From NCBI GenBank assembly GCA_965221125.1, contig CBDCRW010000007.1, forward strand, positions 416,001-480,000: a DNA stretch of 64,000 nucleotides. The letters are read 5' to 3'. Source of the stretch: Alphaproteobacteria bacterium. Its GTDB lineage: Bacteria; Pseudomonadota; Alphaproteobacteria; UBA828. Shown piece after piece: positions 53,835 through 64,000 of this stretch. The notes below the pieces were generated by a model. It was not told the DNA's origin. It saw only the letters and a program-made list of their open reading frames with translations, and did not search any database. A program made the position numbers and the translations under genes. Within the stretch, counting starts at the first letter, position 1, and each line of letters opens with the position of its first letter.

Positions 53835-55447
53835 CCCGAATTATTCATGGCAGGTCTGGTTTTGGGGTGGCGGACGTAGCGTAAGTCGTTGCCATCGGGT
53901 AGGAATTCGTTGCCGAGGCGTCTTCCTCTCCGAACAACGAAAATGCCACGCCCGCCATGACCGACGATAGTCTTCTTCCCTTCGATCTGCCAAGCGTCCA
54001 ACGCAAGAAGGTGAGCGCCGCCTTCGACGGCGGCCTGATCTCGTCTGACGGCGGCCTCGTCCTGCTTCGTGAGGCGGAACGCAGCTTGCGCCTGGCCGAG
54101 ACCCTGGCCGGCTGCATCCGCGACCGGCGCAAGCAGGCGCAGGTGATCCACTCGCTCTCGGCCATGCTGCGCTTCCGCATGTTCGCCATTGCGTGTGGCT
54201 ACGAAGATGCCGACGACTGCGACGCGCTGCGCGCGGACCCTCTGTTCAAGCTGGCCTCAGGCAAGGCGCCGGAGAGCGGCCGCGCACTCTGCTCCCAGCC
54301 GACCATGAGCCGCCTGGAGAACGCGCCGTCTCGTATCGAGGTGGCGCGCATGACGGCGGCGCTGGTCGATCTCTTCTGCCGCAGCTTCCAAGCCCCTCCC
54401 GCCGCCATAACCCTTGACATCGACGACACCTGCGATGCGGTGCACGGCCACCAGCAGCTCTCGCTCTTCAACGCTCATTACGACACGCGCTGCTTCCTGC
54501 CCGTCCACGTCTACCATGTGGAAAGCGGCAAGCCGGTGGCGGTCCTCCTGCGCCCGGGCAAGACGCCGTCGGGCCCTGAGGTCCGCACCCTCATCAAGCA
54601 TCTGGTCCGCCGCATCCGCCGCCACTGGCCGCACACCCGGATCGTCTTCCGCGGAGACAGCCACTACGGCCGCCCGGAAGCCATGGCCTGGTGCGAGGAG
54701 AACGGGGTCGACTACATCTTCGGCCTCGCGGGCAACCGCGCGCTGCACGCGCTCGCATACGAGATGGCCGACGATCTCAAGGTGCGCCGCGCCAAGGCCG
54801 GCGCAGACAGGATGCGCAGCTTCACCGCCTTCGACTACGCCGCCCGCTCCTGGAGCTGCGAACGCCGGGTCGTCGCCCGGCTCGAGGCGAGCACCCGCGG
54901 CTTCGATGCCCGCTATGTCGTCACCTCACTCAAGGGCGAGCCCCGCCATCTCTACGAAGACATCTACTGCGCCCGCGGCCAGGCCGAGAACCTGATCAAG
55001 ATGCACAAGGGCCAGCTCGCCTCGGACCGCACCTCCTGCCAGAGCCCGCTCGCCAATCAGCTCAGGCTGGTCCTCCACACCGCAGCCTACTGGCTCATGC
55101 TCGCGCTGCGCGACGCCATTCCCCGCGCCGCGCCGCTCGCCCGTGCAGAGTTTGCAACCCTCAGGCTGCGCCTCCTCAAGATCGGTGCCCGCGTCATCGA
55201 GAAGGCCACCCGCATCCGCATCCACTTCGCCTCGGCCTGCCCCGACGCCGCCCTCTTCCGCCTGCTCGCAGGCCGCCTCGCCGCAGCAGGCCCATGAGCG
55301 ACGGGGCGGCGTGCCCCAATCACCCAGGCTCCATAAACCATCAACCCGATAACGACCATCCTCAGTTCCCGACGCCAAACCGCGTCAGGCCCCGACGCGC
55401 CCAATCAACCGAGCATCAAGTGCAAGGCAGTCCATGAATAGGTCGGG
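53835..55447 (+). mobile_element. IS1380 family insertion sequence, copy 2
   Basis: Same IRs and length as copy 1; CGTG duplicated at 53831-53834 and 55448-55451. Confidence 0.95.
53957..55297 (+). CDS. IS1380 family transposase
   Basis: Translation identical to 9341-10681. Confidence 0.95.
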   Translation: MTDDSLLPFDLPSVQRKKVSAAFDGGLISSDGGLVLLREAERSLRLAETLAGCIRDRRKQAQVIHSLSAMLRFRMFAIACGYEDADDCDALRADPLFKLASGKAPESGRALCSQPTMSRLENAPSRIEVARMTAALVDLFCRSFQAPPAAITLDIDDTCDAVHGHQQLSLFNAHYDTRCFLPVHVYHVESGKPVAVLLRPGKTPSGPEVRTLIKHLVRRIRRHWPHTRIVFRGDSHYGRPEAMAWCEENGVDYIFGLAGNRALHALAYEMADDLKVRRAKAGADRMRSFTAFDYAARSWSCERRVVARLEASTRGFDARYVVTSLKGEPRHLYEDIYCARGQAENLIKMHKGQLASDRTSCQSPLANQLRLVLHTAAYWLMLALRDAIPRAAPLARAEFATLRLRLLKIGARVIEKATRIRIHFASACPDAALFRLLAGRLAAAGP

Positions 55448-56039
55448 CGTGGCCCTCGCGTCGGGAGTCGTCACAGCTCTTGTCAGCGGTGTCGCGGAGT
55501 ACATTATGAGCGGAGGAGCGTCGACGTGGATACCCCTCTTGGCAGGTCTCGTGGGCGCGTTCGGCGGTTGGACGGTGTCTTATTTTGCCTTCAGCTCCGA
55601 ACGGGAGGGTCAGCCAAGGAGAACTGCGCCAGAATTGATTGATATGATCAGAGAAGATCTAACATCAATTGAAGCGAATAATTTGATCAAGCCGCATATC
55701 GGCTCCAAAATAAAAGCTCACGGGACAGTAATAGATGTAAAAGAATCCATGAGCATGTATCCTTTCTTGTCAAATTTTTCTGTATTTTTTAGAATAGACG
55801 ACGACCACACTGCATTTGCACATTTTAGCCCACTCTATACTTCTAAAATGCGGCGTTTACGAAAAGGCGATTGTGTGTCAGTGATTGGAAGAGTCCAGGG
55901 AGTTGAGACGAGGTACATAACGCTTGGCTCGGCGCGTCTACTCGATTCAGGCCGGGTTGTTCAATAACGAGCGGTCCATTTTCTCGACCAGGAGTCTAGC
56001 TCCGCATCTCGTGACAGGGAGTTCTGGTCGCTCGTTCCC

Positions 56040-57710
56040 CTATCGCTGTTGGTTCTCCCAGTCGGGGTGAATCCAGGGCACGTCGTTGGCCGGCGGCAAC
56101 GGGTCGCGGCCGAGGATGTGATCGGCGGCCTTCTCGCCCACCATGATGCTGGGCCCGTTGAGGTTGCCGTTGGTGATGTGCGGGAAGATCGAGCTGTCGG
56201 CCACCCTGAGCCTGTCGACCCCGATGACGCGGCAGGCCGGATCCACGACCGCGAGCCCGTCGTCGGCCGCGCCCATGCGGCAGGTACCGCAGGGATGGTA
56301 GGCGCTCTCCACGGCGTCCTTCACGAAGTCGTCGAGCGCGTCGTCGCTCTGGATGTCGGCGCCGGGTGCGATCTCGTCCCCCGTGTAGTCCGCGAGCGCC
56401 GGCTGGGACAGGATCTCCCGCGTGAGCCGGATGCAGGCCCGGAAGTTCCGCCAGTCGTCCTCGTGGGACATGTAGTTGAAGAGGATCGAGGGCGCCGCGC
56501 CGGGCTCGGGCGAGGTCAGCCGCACGCGGCCGCGCGATTTCGAGCGCATCGGCCCGACGTGGGTCTGGAAGCCGTGGCCCTCGGCGGCGGCCTTACCGTC
56601 GTAGCGCACGGCGAAGGGCAGGAAGTGGTACTGGATGTCCGGGTACTTCACGCCGGCACGGGAGCGGATGAAGCCGCAGGATTCGAAGTGGTTGGTGGCG
56701 CCGAGGCCGTCCCGGAAGAGGAGCCAGCGGGCGCCGATCAGGCCCTTGGAGACGAGGTTCCAGTGGCGATAGAGCGTGATCGGCTGGCGGCACTTCACCT
56801 GGAGGTAGATCTCGAGATGGTCCTGCAGGTTGGCGCCGACGCCGGGCCGGTCGGCGATCACATCGACGCCGTGCTCCTGCAGGTGCTCGCCAGGGCCGAT
56901 GCCGGAGAGCATGAGTATCTTCGGCGAGTTGATGGAGGACGCCGCGAGGATGACCTCGCCCCTGGCGCCGACGCGACGGACCGCGCCGCCGGTCTCGTAC
57001 TCGACGCCGGTGGCGCGCCCGCCTTCGACGATCACGCGGCGAACGTGGGCGTGGGCCTTCAGCCTGAGGTTGCGGCGTTGCAGCGCCGGCTTGAGATAGG
57101 CGTTGGCGGCTGACCAGCGGCGGCCCCGCCACACGGTCATCTCCATCGCGCCGAATCCTTCCTGGCGCTCGCCGTTGTAATCCTCGGTCGCGGCGTAGCC
57201 GGCTTCCTCGCCTGCCTCGATGAAACGCCTGTAGAGCGGGTTCTGCATGCGCCCGCGCATGACGTGGAGCGGGCCGTCCGCGCCCCGCCATCCGGCCTGC
57301 CCGCCGTGGGCGCTCTCCATGCGCCGGTAATAGGGCAGCACGTGGCGGTAGCCCCAGCCCGCCGCGCCCAGCTCCTCCCAGGTGTCGAAGTCGCAGGCGT
57401 GGCCGCGCACGTAGACCATGCCGTTGACCGAAGACGAGCCGCCCACCACCTTGCCGCGCGGCGTGGCGAGGCGGCGCCCGCCGAGGTGGGGTTCGGGCTC
57501 AGTCACGAAGCCCCAGTCGTAGCGCGGCATGTTCATGGGGTAGGAGAGGGCGGCCGGCATCTGGATGAGGGGGCCCGCGTCGGTCCCGCCATGCTCCAGC
57601 ACCAGGACGCGGTTCTTGGGATCCTCCGAGAGCCGCGCGGCGAGCACGGAGCCGGCGGAGCCCGAGCCTACGATCACGTAGTCGAACTCGTCGTCGTAAC
57701 TCCCGTTCAT
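56040..57710 (-). CDS. betA: Choline dehydrogenase
   Basis: [41 protein letters not shown]; next to betI. Confidence 0.93.
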   Translation of the reverse strand: MNGSYDDEFDYVIVGSGSAGSVLAARLSEDPKNRVLVLEHGGTDAGPLIQMPAALSYPMNMPRYDWGFVTEPEPHLGGRRLATPRGKVVGGSSSVNGMVYVRGHACDFDTWEELGAAGWGYRHVLPYYRRMESAHGGQAGWRGADGPLHVMRGRMQNPLYRRFIEAGEEAGYAATEDYNGERQEGFGAMEMTVWRGRRWSAANAYLKPALQRRNLRLKAHAHVRRVIVEGGRATGVEYETGGAVRRVGARGEVILAASSINSPKILMLSGIGPGEHLQEHGVDVIADRPGVGANLQDHLEIYLQVKCRQPITLYRHWNLVSKGLIGARWLLFRDGLGATNHFESCGFIRSRAGVKYPDIQYHFLPFAVRYDGKAAAEGHGFQTHVGPMRSKSRGRVRLTSPEPGAAPSILFNYMSHEDDWRNFRACIRLTREILSQPALADYTGDEIAPGADIQSDDALDDFVKDAVESAYHPCGTCRMGAADDGLAVVDPACRVIGVDRLRVADSSIFPHITNGNLNGPSIMVGEKAADHILGRDPLPPANDVPWIHPDWENQQR

Positions 57711-57734
57711 CAAGGTGATTCGCCCCTCCGCAAC

Positions 57735-58316
57735 TCAGCGCGGCGCGAGCTGGCTGTCGATATGCGCTTCCATGATCGCCACCGAGCTCACGCCGCAGGG
57801 CTCCGTGTCGCCGAGCACGCGGCGCAGCCACAGGCCGTCGATCATGGCGGCGGTGGATTCGGCGGCGACCTCCGCCGACTCGCGCGTCGGCAGCTGCCGG
57901 TACTCGTGGCGCAGGTTGCTGATCAGCCGGCGCTGGTAGATGAGAAGAAGCCGGCGGACTTCAGGCTCCGTGAGCGCCTGGACGTAGAACGTGAGCCAGG
58001 CGGAGATCACCTCGGGCTGGAGCTGCTCGTCGCAGAAGCTGCCGTCCACGATCGCGGACAGCCGCTCGCGCGGAGTCCCGGCTTCGCGCAGCCGCTCGCG
58101 CACGCCCGCGCCGAACTCGATGAGGAGGTGGCGCATGGTGGCGATGAAGAGGGCGCTCTTGGAGCCGAAGTAGTGGTGGACGAGCCCCTGGGACAGGCCG
58201 GCCTCGCGCGCGACGTCGCCGGTCGTCAGGTCGACGAACCCGCGGTCGTGGATGCTCCGTATGGCGGCTTCGACGAAGGCGCGCCGGCGCTTGGGCGCCA
58301 CTCCGGTCTTTGGCAT
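57735..58316 (-). CDS. betI: Transcriptional repressor BetI (TetR family)
   Basis: MPKTG...RR, GLVHHYFGSK, RLISNL, AAMIDGLWLR. Confidence 0.9.
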   Translation of the reverse strand: MPKTGVAPKRRRAFVEAAIRSIHDRGFVDLTTGDVAREAGLSQGLVHHYFGSKSALFIATMRHLLIEFGAGVRERLREAGTPRERLSAIVDGSFCDEQLQPEVISAWLTFYVQALTEPEVRRLLLIYQRRLISNLRHEYRQLPTRESAEVAAESTAAMIDGLWLRRVLGDTEPCGVSSVAIMEAHIDSQLAPR

Positions 58317-58346
58317 CGGTTGCTCCTGTGCCCTCAATGATTATAT

Positions 58347-58366
58347 TTGGTTGGTTGACCAATCAA
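58347..58366. promoter_or_regulatory. Probable BetI operator
   Basis: Imperfect palindrome TTGGTTGG-TTGA-CCAATCAA between divergent betI and choX. Confidence 0.6.
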
Positions 58367-58416
58367 GAAAAAGTTGCGAGAGTCCGCCGAACCTATCGAG
58401 CTTGAGGGAGGGTGCA

Positions 58417-59367
58417 ATGCACATTCGGATGACATCCGCAATCGCCGCCATCGCCATGGGCGCCGCGGCCTTCGCGGGCAATGCCTACGCCGACGATGCC
58501 GCCACCTGCAGCGAGGTGGAATTCTCGGACGTCGGCTGGAGCTGCATCACGGCGACCACCGCCGTGGCGACCACCGTCCTGGAGGGTCTCGGCTACGAGC
58601 CGAAGGCGACGGTGCTTTCGGTGCCGGTGACCTTCGCCAGCCTTTCCAACGGCGACATCGACGCCTTCCTCGGCCTCTGGCTGCCGACCCAGCAGAGCAT
58701 GATCGACCCCTATTTCAACGACGGCACCGTGGAGAACGTGGGCGTGAACCTCGAGGGCGCCAAGTACACCCTCGCCGTGCCCACCTACGTCCACGAGGCC
58801 GGGGTCAAGACCTTCGCCGACATCGCGGCGCATGCCGACAAGTTCGACAGCAAGTTCTACGGCATCGAGCCGGGCAACGACGGCAACATGATCATCCAGG
58901 GCATGATCGACGACAACGCCTTTGGCCTCAGCGGCTTCGAGGTCGTGGAATCGAGCGAGCAGGGCATGCTCAGCCAGGTCGAGGCCGCGGTGAGGAGCAA
59001 CGAGTGGATCGTCTTCCTCGGCTGGGAGCCGCATCCCATGAACCGCCGCTTCGACATGAGCTACCTCGATGGCGGCGACGACTACTTCGGCGCCAACTTC
59101 GGCGGCGCCACGGTCTACACGCTGGCCCATGCCGGCTACACCGAGGCCTGCCCCAACGTCGGCGCCCTGCTGAAGAACTTAAAGTTCAGCTTGGCGCTTG
59201 AGAACGAGATGATGGGCTATATGCTCGACGACGGGATGGACCCGCAGGCGGCCGCCCGGAAGCTCGTCGAGATGCACCCGGAGCTGGTCGACGAATGGCT
59301 CACGGGCGTGACCACGCTGGACGGTCAGGATGGCGCGGCTGCCGTGAAGGCCCATCTCGCCATGTAG
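58417..59367 (+). CDS. choX: Choline ABC transporter substrate-binding protein
   Basis: FSDVGWS, NLEGAKYTLAVP, YGIEPGNDGN, FLGWEPHPMN. Confidence 0.9.
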   Translation: MHIRMTSAIAAIAMGAAAFAGNAYADDAATCSEVEFSDVGWSCITATTAVATTVLEGLGYEPKATVLSVPVTFASLSNGDIDAFLGLWLPTQQSMIDPYFNDGTVENVGVNLEGAKYTLAVPTYVHEAGVKTFADIAAHADKFDSKFYGIEPGNDGNMIIQGMIDDNAFGLSGFEVVESSEQGMLSQVEAAVRSNEWIVFLGWEPHPMNRRFDMSYLDGGDDYFGANFGGATVYTLAHAGYTEACPNVGALLKNLKFSLALENEMMGYMLDDGMDPQAAARKLVEMHPELVDEWLTGVTTLDGQDGAAAVKAHLAM

Positions 59368-59463
59368 CGATCGATCACGCGGGCGGCCCGGCGGGCCGAA
59401 TTCGCGGGCGGTCGGCGCTGAGAGGCGCCGGCCGCCTGTCCCGTCCGGTCGGGGAGGGGCGTC

Positions 59464-60339
59464 ATGGGCACCGACGATCTCGGAGTGCTCACCGAGAAAG
59501 TTCCGATCGGCAAGTGGGTCGCCAACGCCGTCGAGTTCATCAAGGATAACTTCTTCGAGGAACTTCGGGCTTTCTCCGGTGCCGGCAAGTGGGTGCTGGA
59601 AGGCTGTGTCGACCTTCTCCTCCTGATTCCGCCGCTCGTCCTCGTTGCCCTCGTCGCCGGGCTGGCCTACTGGCTGCACCGCAGCATCCTGCTCGTGGTC
59701 GGCGTCGTGGTCGGCCTGCTGCTGATCCTCAACATCGGCTACTGGGAGGAGATGCTGTTCACGGTGGTGCTGGTCATGGCCTCCACCGTGGTGTGCATGC
59801 TGGTGGGCGTGCCCATCGGCATCGCGGCGGCGCACCGGCCCTGGCTCTACCGGGCGCTGCGGCCGATCCTCGACCTGATGCAGACCGTCCCACCCTTCGT
59901 CTACCTGATCCCGACGCTCTCCTTCTTCGGACTGGGGCTGGTTCCGGGCCTTATCTCCACCGTGATCTTCGTCATTCCGGCGCCGATCCGGCTCACCCAT
60001 CTCGGCATCTCCAGCGCGCCGCGGCCGCTGCTCGAGGCGGGCCGCGCCTTCGGCGCCAGCGACCTGCAGCTCCTGCTCAAGGTGGAGTTGCCCCACGCGA
60101 TGCCGAACATCATGCAGGGGATCACGCAAAGCATCATGCTCTCGCTGTCCATGGTGGTGATCGCCGCGCTGGTGGGCGCCCCCGGCTTCGGCGTTCCCGT
60201 GGTGCGGGCGCTGGCCACGGCCAATGTCGCGCAGGGCTTCGAGGCAGGGCTCGCGATCGTGATCGTCGCCATCGTGCTCGACCGCATCGTGAAGCAGGTC
60301 GAGCGGCGCAAGGGGCGGAGCGGTAGCGCGGCGCGCTGA
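59464..60339 (+). CDS. choW: Choline ABC transporter permease
   Basis: PILDLMQTVPPFVYLIP, PIRLTHLG, LSLSMVVIAALVG. Confidence 0.88.
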   Translation: MGTDDLGVLTEKVPIGKWVANAVEFIKDNFFEELRAFSGAGKWVLEGCVDLLLLIPPLVLVALVAGLAYWLHRSILLVVGVVVGLLLILNIGYWEEMLFTVVLVMASTVVCMLVGVPIGIAAAHRPWLYRALRPILDLMQTVPPFVYLIPTLSFFGLGLVPGLISTVIFVIPAPIRLTHLGISSAPRPLLEAGRAFGASDLQLLLKVELPHAMPNIMQGITQSIMLSLSMVVIAALVGAPGFGVPVVRALATANVAQGFEAGLAIVIVAIVLDRIVKQVERRKGRSGSAAR

Positions 60340-61589
60340 TGGCGGTCATCACCTTCGATCGCGTCGACGTCGTCTTCGGCCGGCGGGTCAAGGATGCGCT
60401 GGCGCTGCTCGACGCCGGCGCGGACAAGGACCGCATCTTCGAGGAGACCGGCCAGGTGGTGGGCGTGCAGGACGCCTCGCTCCAGGTCGAGGCCGGAGAG
60501 ATCTTCGTGCTCATGGGGCTCTCCGGCTCGGGCAAGTCGACGCTGCTCCGCTGCGTCAACGGCCTCAACCGGGCGACGCGCGGCCGGGTCCTGATCGACG
60601 ACGGCGGCACGCAAGTCGACGTCACCGACTGCGATCCCAACCTGATGCGCAGGCTCCGCATGAACCGCGTCTCCATGGTCTTCCAGCAGTTCGCGCTGAT
60701 GCCGTGGCGGACCATCGGCGCCAACGTCGCCTTCGGGCTCGAGGTGCGCGGCGTGCCCAAGGCCGAGCGGCGTGCGCGCGTGGCGGAGGTGCTGGAGCAG
60801 GTGAGTCTGGGGTCGTGGCTCGACCACTATCCGCACGAGCTTTCCGGCGGAATGCAGCAGCGCGTGGGGCTCGCGCGCGCCATGGCGACCGATGCCGAGA
60901 TCCTGCTGATGGACGAGCCGTTCTCGGCCCTCGATCCGCTTATCCGCGAGCGCCTGCAGGACGAGCTGCTGGCGCTGCAGAAGACGCTGCGGCGCACCAT
61001 CCTGTTCGTGAGCCACGACCTCGACGAGGCGCTCAAGATCGGCTCGCGGATCGCCATCATGGAGGGCGGGCGCATCATCCAGGTGGGCCCGCCCGAAAAA
61101 ATCGTCACCGAGCCGGCGACCGAGTACGTGCGCCAGTTCGTCGCCAACGTGAACCCGCTCAACGTGCTGCGCGGCGTCTCGCTGATGCGGCCGCTGGCTT
61201 CGCTCCAGAGCGAGGACGGCATCCACCTGCTCGACGACGCATCGGCCATGTTCTGCCGGCTGGACGCGGAGGGGCGACCGGAGGCACTCAGCCTGGAAGG
61301 CACGCGGGCCGTGCTCGTGCCCTACCGTGACGGCCTCGATCTTGCCGCGCTCGGCAACGGTACGATCGTCGCCGGCAGCCCCGAGACGACCATGCGCACC
61401 GCCCTGGAGGTGCGCCACGAGACCGGGCGGGCGATGCCGCTGGTCGACGACGAGGGCCGGCTCATCGGCGTGATCGGCGCCGCCGAGCTGCTGGCGGCGC
61501 TGGTGCACCGGGGGGCTGGTCCCGCACCGGACGACGGAGAGGCAGACACAGACGCGGGCGTTCCGCCACCGCCCGACGGGCTGGGATGA
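60339..61589 (+). CDS. choV: Choline ABC transporter ATP-binding protein
   Basis: GLSGSGKST, LSGGMQQRVG, MDEPFSALDP. Confidence 0.88.
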   Translation: MAVITFDRVDVVFGRRVKDALALLDAGADKDRIFEETGQVVGVQDASLQVEAGEIFVLMGLSGSGKSTLLRCVNGLNRATRGRVLIDDGGTQVDVTDCDPNLMRRLRMNRVSMVFQQFALMPWRTIGANVAFGLEVRGVPKAERRARVAEVLEQVSLGSWLDHYPHELSGGMQQRVGLARAMATDAEILLMDEPFSALDPLIRERLQDELLALQKTLRRTILFVSHDLDEALKIGSRIAIMEGGRIIQVGPPEKIVTEPATEYVRQFVANVNPLNVLRGVSLMRPLASLQSEDGIHLLDDASAMFCRLDAEGRPEALSLEGTRAVLVPYRDGLDLAALGNGTIVAGSPETTMRTALEVRHETGRAMPLVDDEGRLIGVIGAAELLAALVHRGAGPAPDDGEADTDAGVPPPPDGLG

Positions 61590-61600
61590 GGGAGAGACTC

Positions 61601-62413
61601 ATGGCACGCAGGTTCCGCACGCTCGCTCTGGTCCTGCTCGCGCTCGTCGCGGCCCCGGTTGCGGCCTCGGCGCACTACGTCGACCTGAACCAGGCGCTGC
61701 ACAGCAGGAACACGCTGACCGTCGGCGTCGCGCTCACCGGCCAGCCCTTCGCCTACAAGAGGGACGGCGTGGTGCGCGGCTTCGAAGTGGAGATGGCGGA
61801 AGCCGTCGCCGAGGCCCACGGGCTCGCGCTGGAGGTCGTCCGCCTGCCGCGCGCGAAGCTGGCGGCCGCGCTCGCTGCGGGGGAGGTCGACATCGCCAAC
61901 ACGCTCGCCTTGGAGGCGGAGCCGGCGGACGTGAAGACCGTGCCCTATCTCGTGATCGGCGACCACCTGATGGTGCTGCGAGGCAATCCGTTCCGCATCC
62001 GCGCGGCGGGCGACCTGAGCGGCCGTGTCGCCTCGGTCACCTCTGGCTCGACCGGCGAAGAATTCGCCCACGCGCTCAACCGGGCGTTCGAGGAGTCGGG
62101 CCGCGCGCCCATGCACGTCCACTCCTTCCCCCATCACCGCTGGACCCACTTCCCCGTCTCCATGGGGCACGCGCAGGGCTACTTCATCCAGACAGTAAGC
62201 GCGGTCGCGATCAGCGCCGACCCGGAATCCCGCACCCACATGCTCGACGGGGTGTTTCAGCCCGTGCGCGAGGTGGGCTTCGCCGTGCGCGCGGACAACG
62301 ACAAGCTGCACCACGCGGTGGAGCATGCCGTGGCCGCCATGGTCGCCACCGGCAAGTACCGGCGCCTGCGCGAGTCCTACGGCCTGCCGGTCGAGCTGTC
62401 GCCCTACCGTTAG
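61601..62413 (+). CDS. Amino-acid type (family 3) substrate-binding protein
   Basis: Signal peptide, PFAY...GFEVEMAEAVA, GFAVR. Confidence 0.75.
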   Translation: MARRFRTLALVLLALVAAPVAASAHYVDLNQALHSRNTLTVGVALTGQPFAYKRDGVVRGFEVEMAEAVAEAHGLALEVVRLPRAKLAAALAAGEVDIANTLALEAEPADVKTVPYLVIGDHLMVLRGNPFRIRAAGDLSGRVASVTSGSTGEEFAHALNRAFEESGRAPMHVHSFPHHRWTHFPVSMGHAQGYFIQTVSAVAISADPESRTHMLDGVFQPVREVGFAVRADNDKLHHAVEHAVAAMVATGKYRRLRESYGLPVELSPYR

Positions 62414-62416
62414 CCG

Positions 62417-63346
62417 CTACGCGCCCCTGAGGCGCGGATCGAGGGCGTCGCGGAGGCCGTCGCCGATGTAGTTCACGCTCAGCACCGTGAGCGAGATGGC
62501 GAGGCCCGGCCAGAGCACGCGCGCCGGTGTGACGGAAATGAAGTTGGCGCCGTCGAAGAGCAGCCGCCCCCAGGTCGGGAAGTCGGGCGGGAAGCCCAGG
62601 CCCAGGAACGAGAGCGCGGACTCGGTGATGATGGCGTTGGCGATGCCCAATGTCGCCGAAACCATGATCGGGCTCAGCACGTTGGGCAGGATGTGGCGGG
62701 TGATGATGCGCCGCCTGCGCGTGCCGATGCTGCGGGCTGCAGTCACGAACTCGCGCTCGCGGAGGGCCAGCACGTCGCCGCGCACGATGCGCGCGGTCTG
62801 CATCCAGCTCGTGATGCCGATGATGAAGACCACGAGCAGGAAGATCCCCGTCTCCGGGCCGAAGGCTGCGCGCAGGCTTTCCCGGAACAGCATGATGACG
62901 ACCAGCAGCAGCGGCAGCAGCGGCAGCGCCAGGAACATGTCGGTGAGCCGCATCAGCAGGCCGTCGAGCCCCCGGAAGAAGCCGGCCAGCACGCCCACGA
63001 GCGTGCCGAGCACCAGCGCGATCATCATCGCGGTGAAGCCGACGGCGAGCGAGATGCGCCCGCCCGCCAGCACCTGTGCCAGCGTGTCGCGGCCGAGGTT
63101 GTCCGTCCCCATCGGGTGCTTGAGGGAGGGGCCCTGGTTCTTCGCCAGGATGTCGAGGTAGTGGGGGTCGATGGTGTGGATCAGCGGGCCGACGGCGACC
63201 GCGAGCGCGATGGCGATGAAGACTCCCGCGCCCGCCAGCGCGCCGGTGTGGTTGCGGAAGGCGAGCCACACGTCCATCCAGAGCGAGCGGTGGCGCCCGG
63301 TCGCGCGCGCGGGGACGGTGAGGCTGTCCGTAGGTGTCGCCGGCAT
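62417..63346 (-). CDS. Oligopeptide ABC permease (OppC/DppC-like)
   Basis: HPMGTDNLGRD, EFVTAARSIG, ESALSFLGLG. Confidence 0.9.
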   Translation of the reverse strand: MPATPTDSLTVPARATGRHRSLWMDVWLAFRNHTGALAGAGVFIAIALAVAVGPLIHTIDPHYLDILAKNQGPSLKHPMGTDNLGRDTLAQVLAGGRISLAVGFTAMMIALVLGTLVGVLAGFFRGLDGLLMRLTDMFLALPLLPLLLVVIMLFRESLRAAFGPETGIFLLVVFIIGITSWMQTARIVRGDVLALREREFVTAARSIGTRRRRIITRHILPNVLSPIMVSATLGIANAIITESALSFLGLGFPPDFPTWGRLLFDGANFISVTPARVLWPGLAISLTVLSVNYIGDGLRDALDPRLRGA

Positions 63347-63349
63347 CGC

Positions 63350-64000
63350 TCAGCCGTAGCGGATGCGCGGATCGAGGATGCCGTAGAGCACGTCCGCGAT
63401 CAGGTTGAAGAGCACGATCAGCACCGCGAAGAGGAAGGAGAGCGTCTGCACCAGGGGAATGTCGGCGCCCTGGATGGCGGTGATGAGAAGCTCGCCGATG
63501 CCGTTCACCCGAAAGATCTTTTCCGTGATGATGGCGCCGCCGAAGACGGTGGGGATGCCGAGCGCGATCAGGGTCACCACCGGGATCAGGCTGTTGCGCA
63601 GCACGTGGATGAAGAGCACCACGCGCTCGCGCAGCCCCTTGGCGCGGGCGGTCCGCACGTAGTCCTGCGTCAGGTTGTCGAGCACGGCGGCGCGCATGAA
63701 GCGGCTGATCTGGGCCGCGTTGAAGAGTGCCAGCACCATCACCGGCATCGCCATCTGCTTGATCTGCACCCAGAAGCTCGAGAGGTCGGTGACCCGGTGC
63801 GTGGTGTCGTAGATCGACGGCAGCCATTGCAGCGAGACGCTGAAGACGATGATTGCGAGCAGTCCGGTGAAGAAGGTCGGAACCGAGAAGCCGATCATCG
63901 AGACGAAGGTGCCGAGCTGGTCGAACCAGGAATACTGCCGGTAGGCGGAGACGATGCCGATGGGCACCGCAATGAGGATGCCGATCAGGTAGGAGAGGCC
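63350..64000 (-). CDS. Oligopeptide ABC permease (OppB/DppB-like), 5' truncated
   Basis: DYVRTARAKGL, HVLRNSLIP, LDPRIRY. Confidence 0.9.
   Translation of the reverse strand, partial: GLSYLIGILIAVPIGIVSAYRQYSWFDQLGTFVSMIGFSVPTFFTGLLAIIVFSVSLQWLPSIYDTTHRVTDLSSFWVQIKQMAMPVMVLALFNAAQISRFMRAAVLDNLTQDYVRTARAKGLRERVVLFIHVLRNSLIPVVTLIALGIPTVFGGAIITEKIFRVNGIGELLITAIQGADIPLVQTLSFLFAVLIVLFNLIADVLYGILDPRIRYG

Larger units (their letters stand above)
53775..55967 (+). pseudogene. AT-rich membrane-anchored hypothetical gene (possible OB-fold) interrupted by IS1380 copy 2
   Basis: ATG 53775 MGNRTTHHDYVDGYRIPSLV joins in frame to ALASGVVTAL after IS removal; two hydrophobic segments then a beta-rich domain. 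Confidence 0.6.

Overview
High-GC alphaproteobacterial chromosome segment. Its gene set (hpsN-like DHPS dehydrogenase, betIA-choXWV, SAM-I/IV-type riboswitch) suggests a marine or host-associated organism. Core blocks are pcm-rhodanese-tolC, atpHAGDC, rppH-ctpA, folK-NYN-UDG-smpB-dapA-slt, yejA-like/frmA, the choline cluster and ABC permeases. The main accessory feature is a compact ~13.7 kb structural-only phage module (8633-22287). It has a Mu-like head and neck, a siphovirus tail with a very short 259-aa tape measure protein, a tail tip and a tail-collar protein, but no terminase, portal, integrase/transposase, replication or lysis genes. It is a candidate domesticated GTA-like particle or a decaying prophage. 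Three copies of a ~105-bp palindromic repeat sit at translationally coupled gene junctions in its tail operon, two of them forming Arg-rich mini-ORFs. Other notable items: two apparently identical IS1380 copies with different 4-bp target duplications, an IS481 element, a 140-bp MITE-like repeat pair, a MalK-like pseudo-ATPase with every catalytic motif altered, and a SAM riboswitch followed by a Cys-rich leader ORF upstream of an OsmC-like/flavoprotein pair. All calls come from reading the sequence and remembered family motifs; no searches were run.
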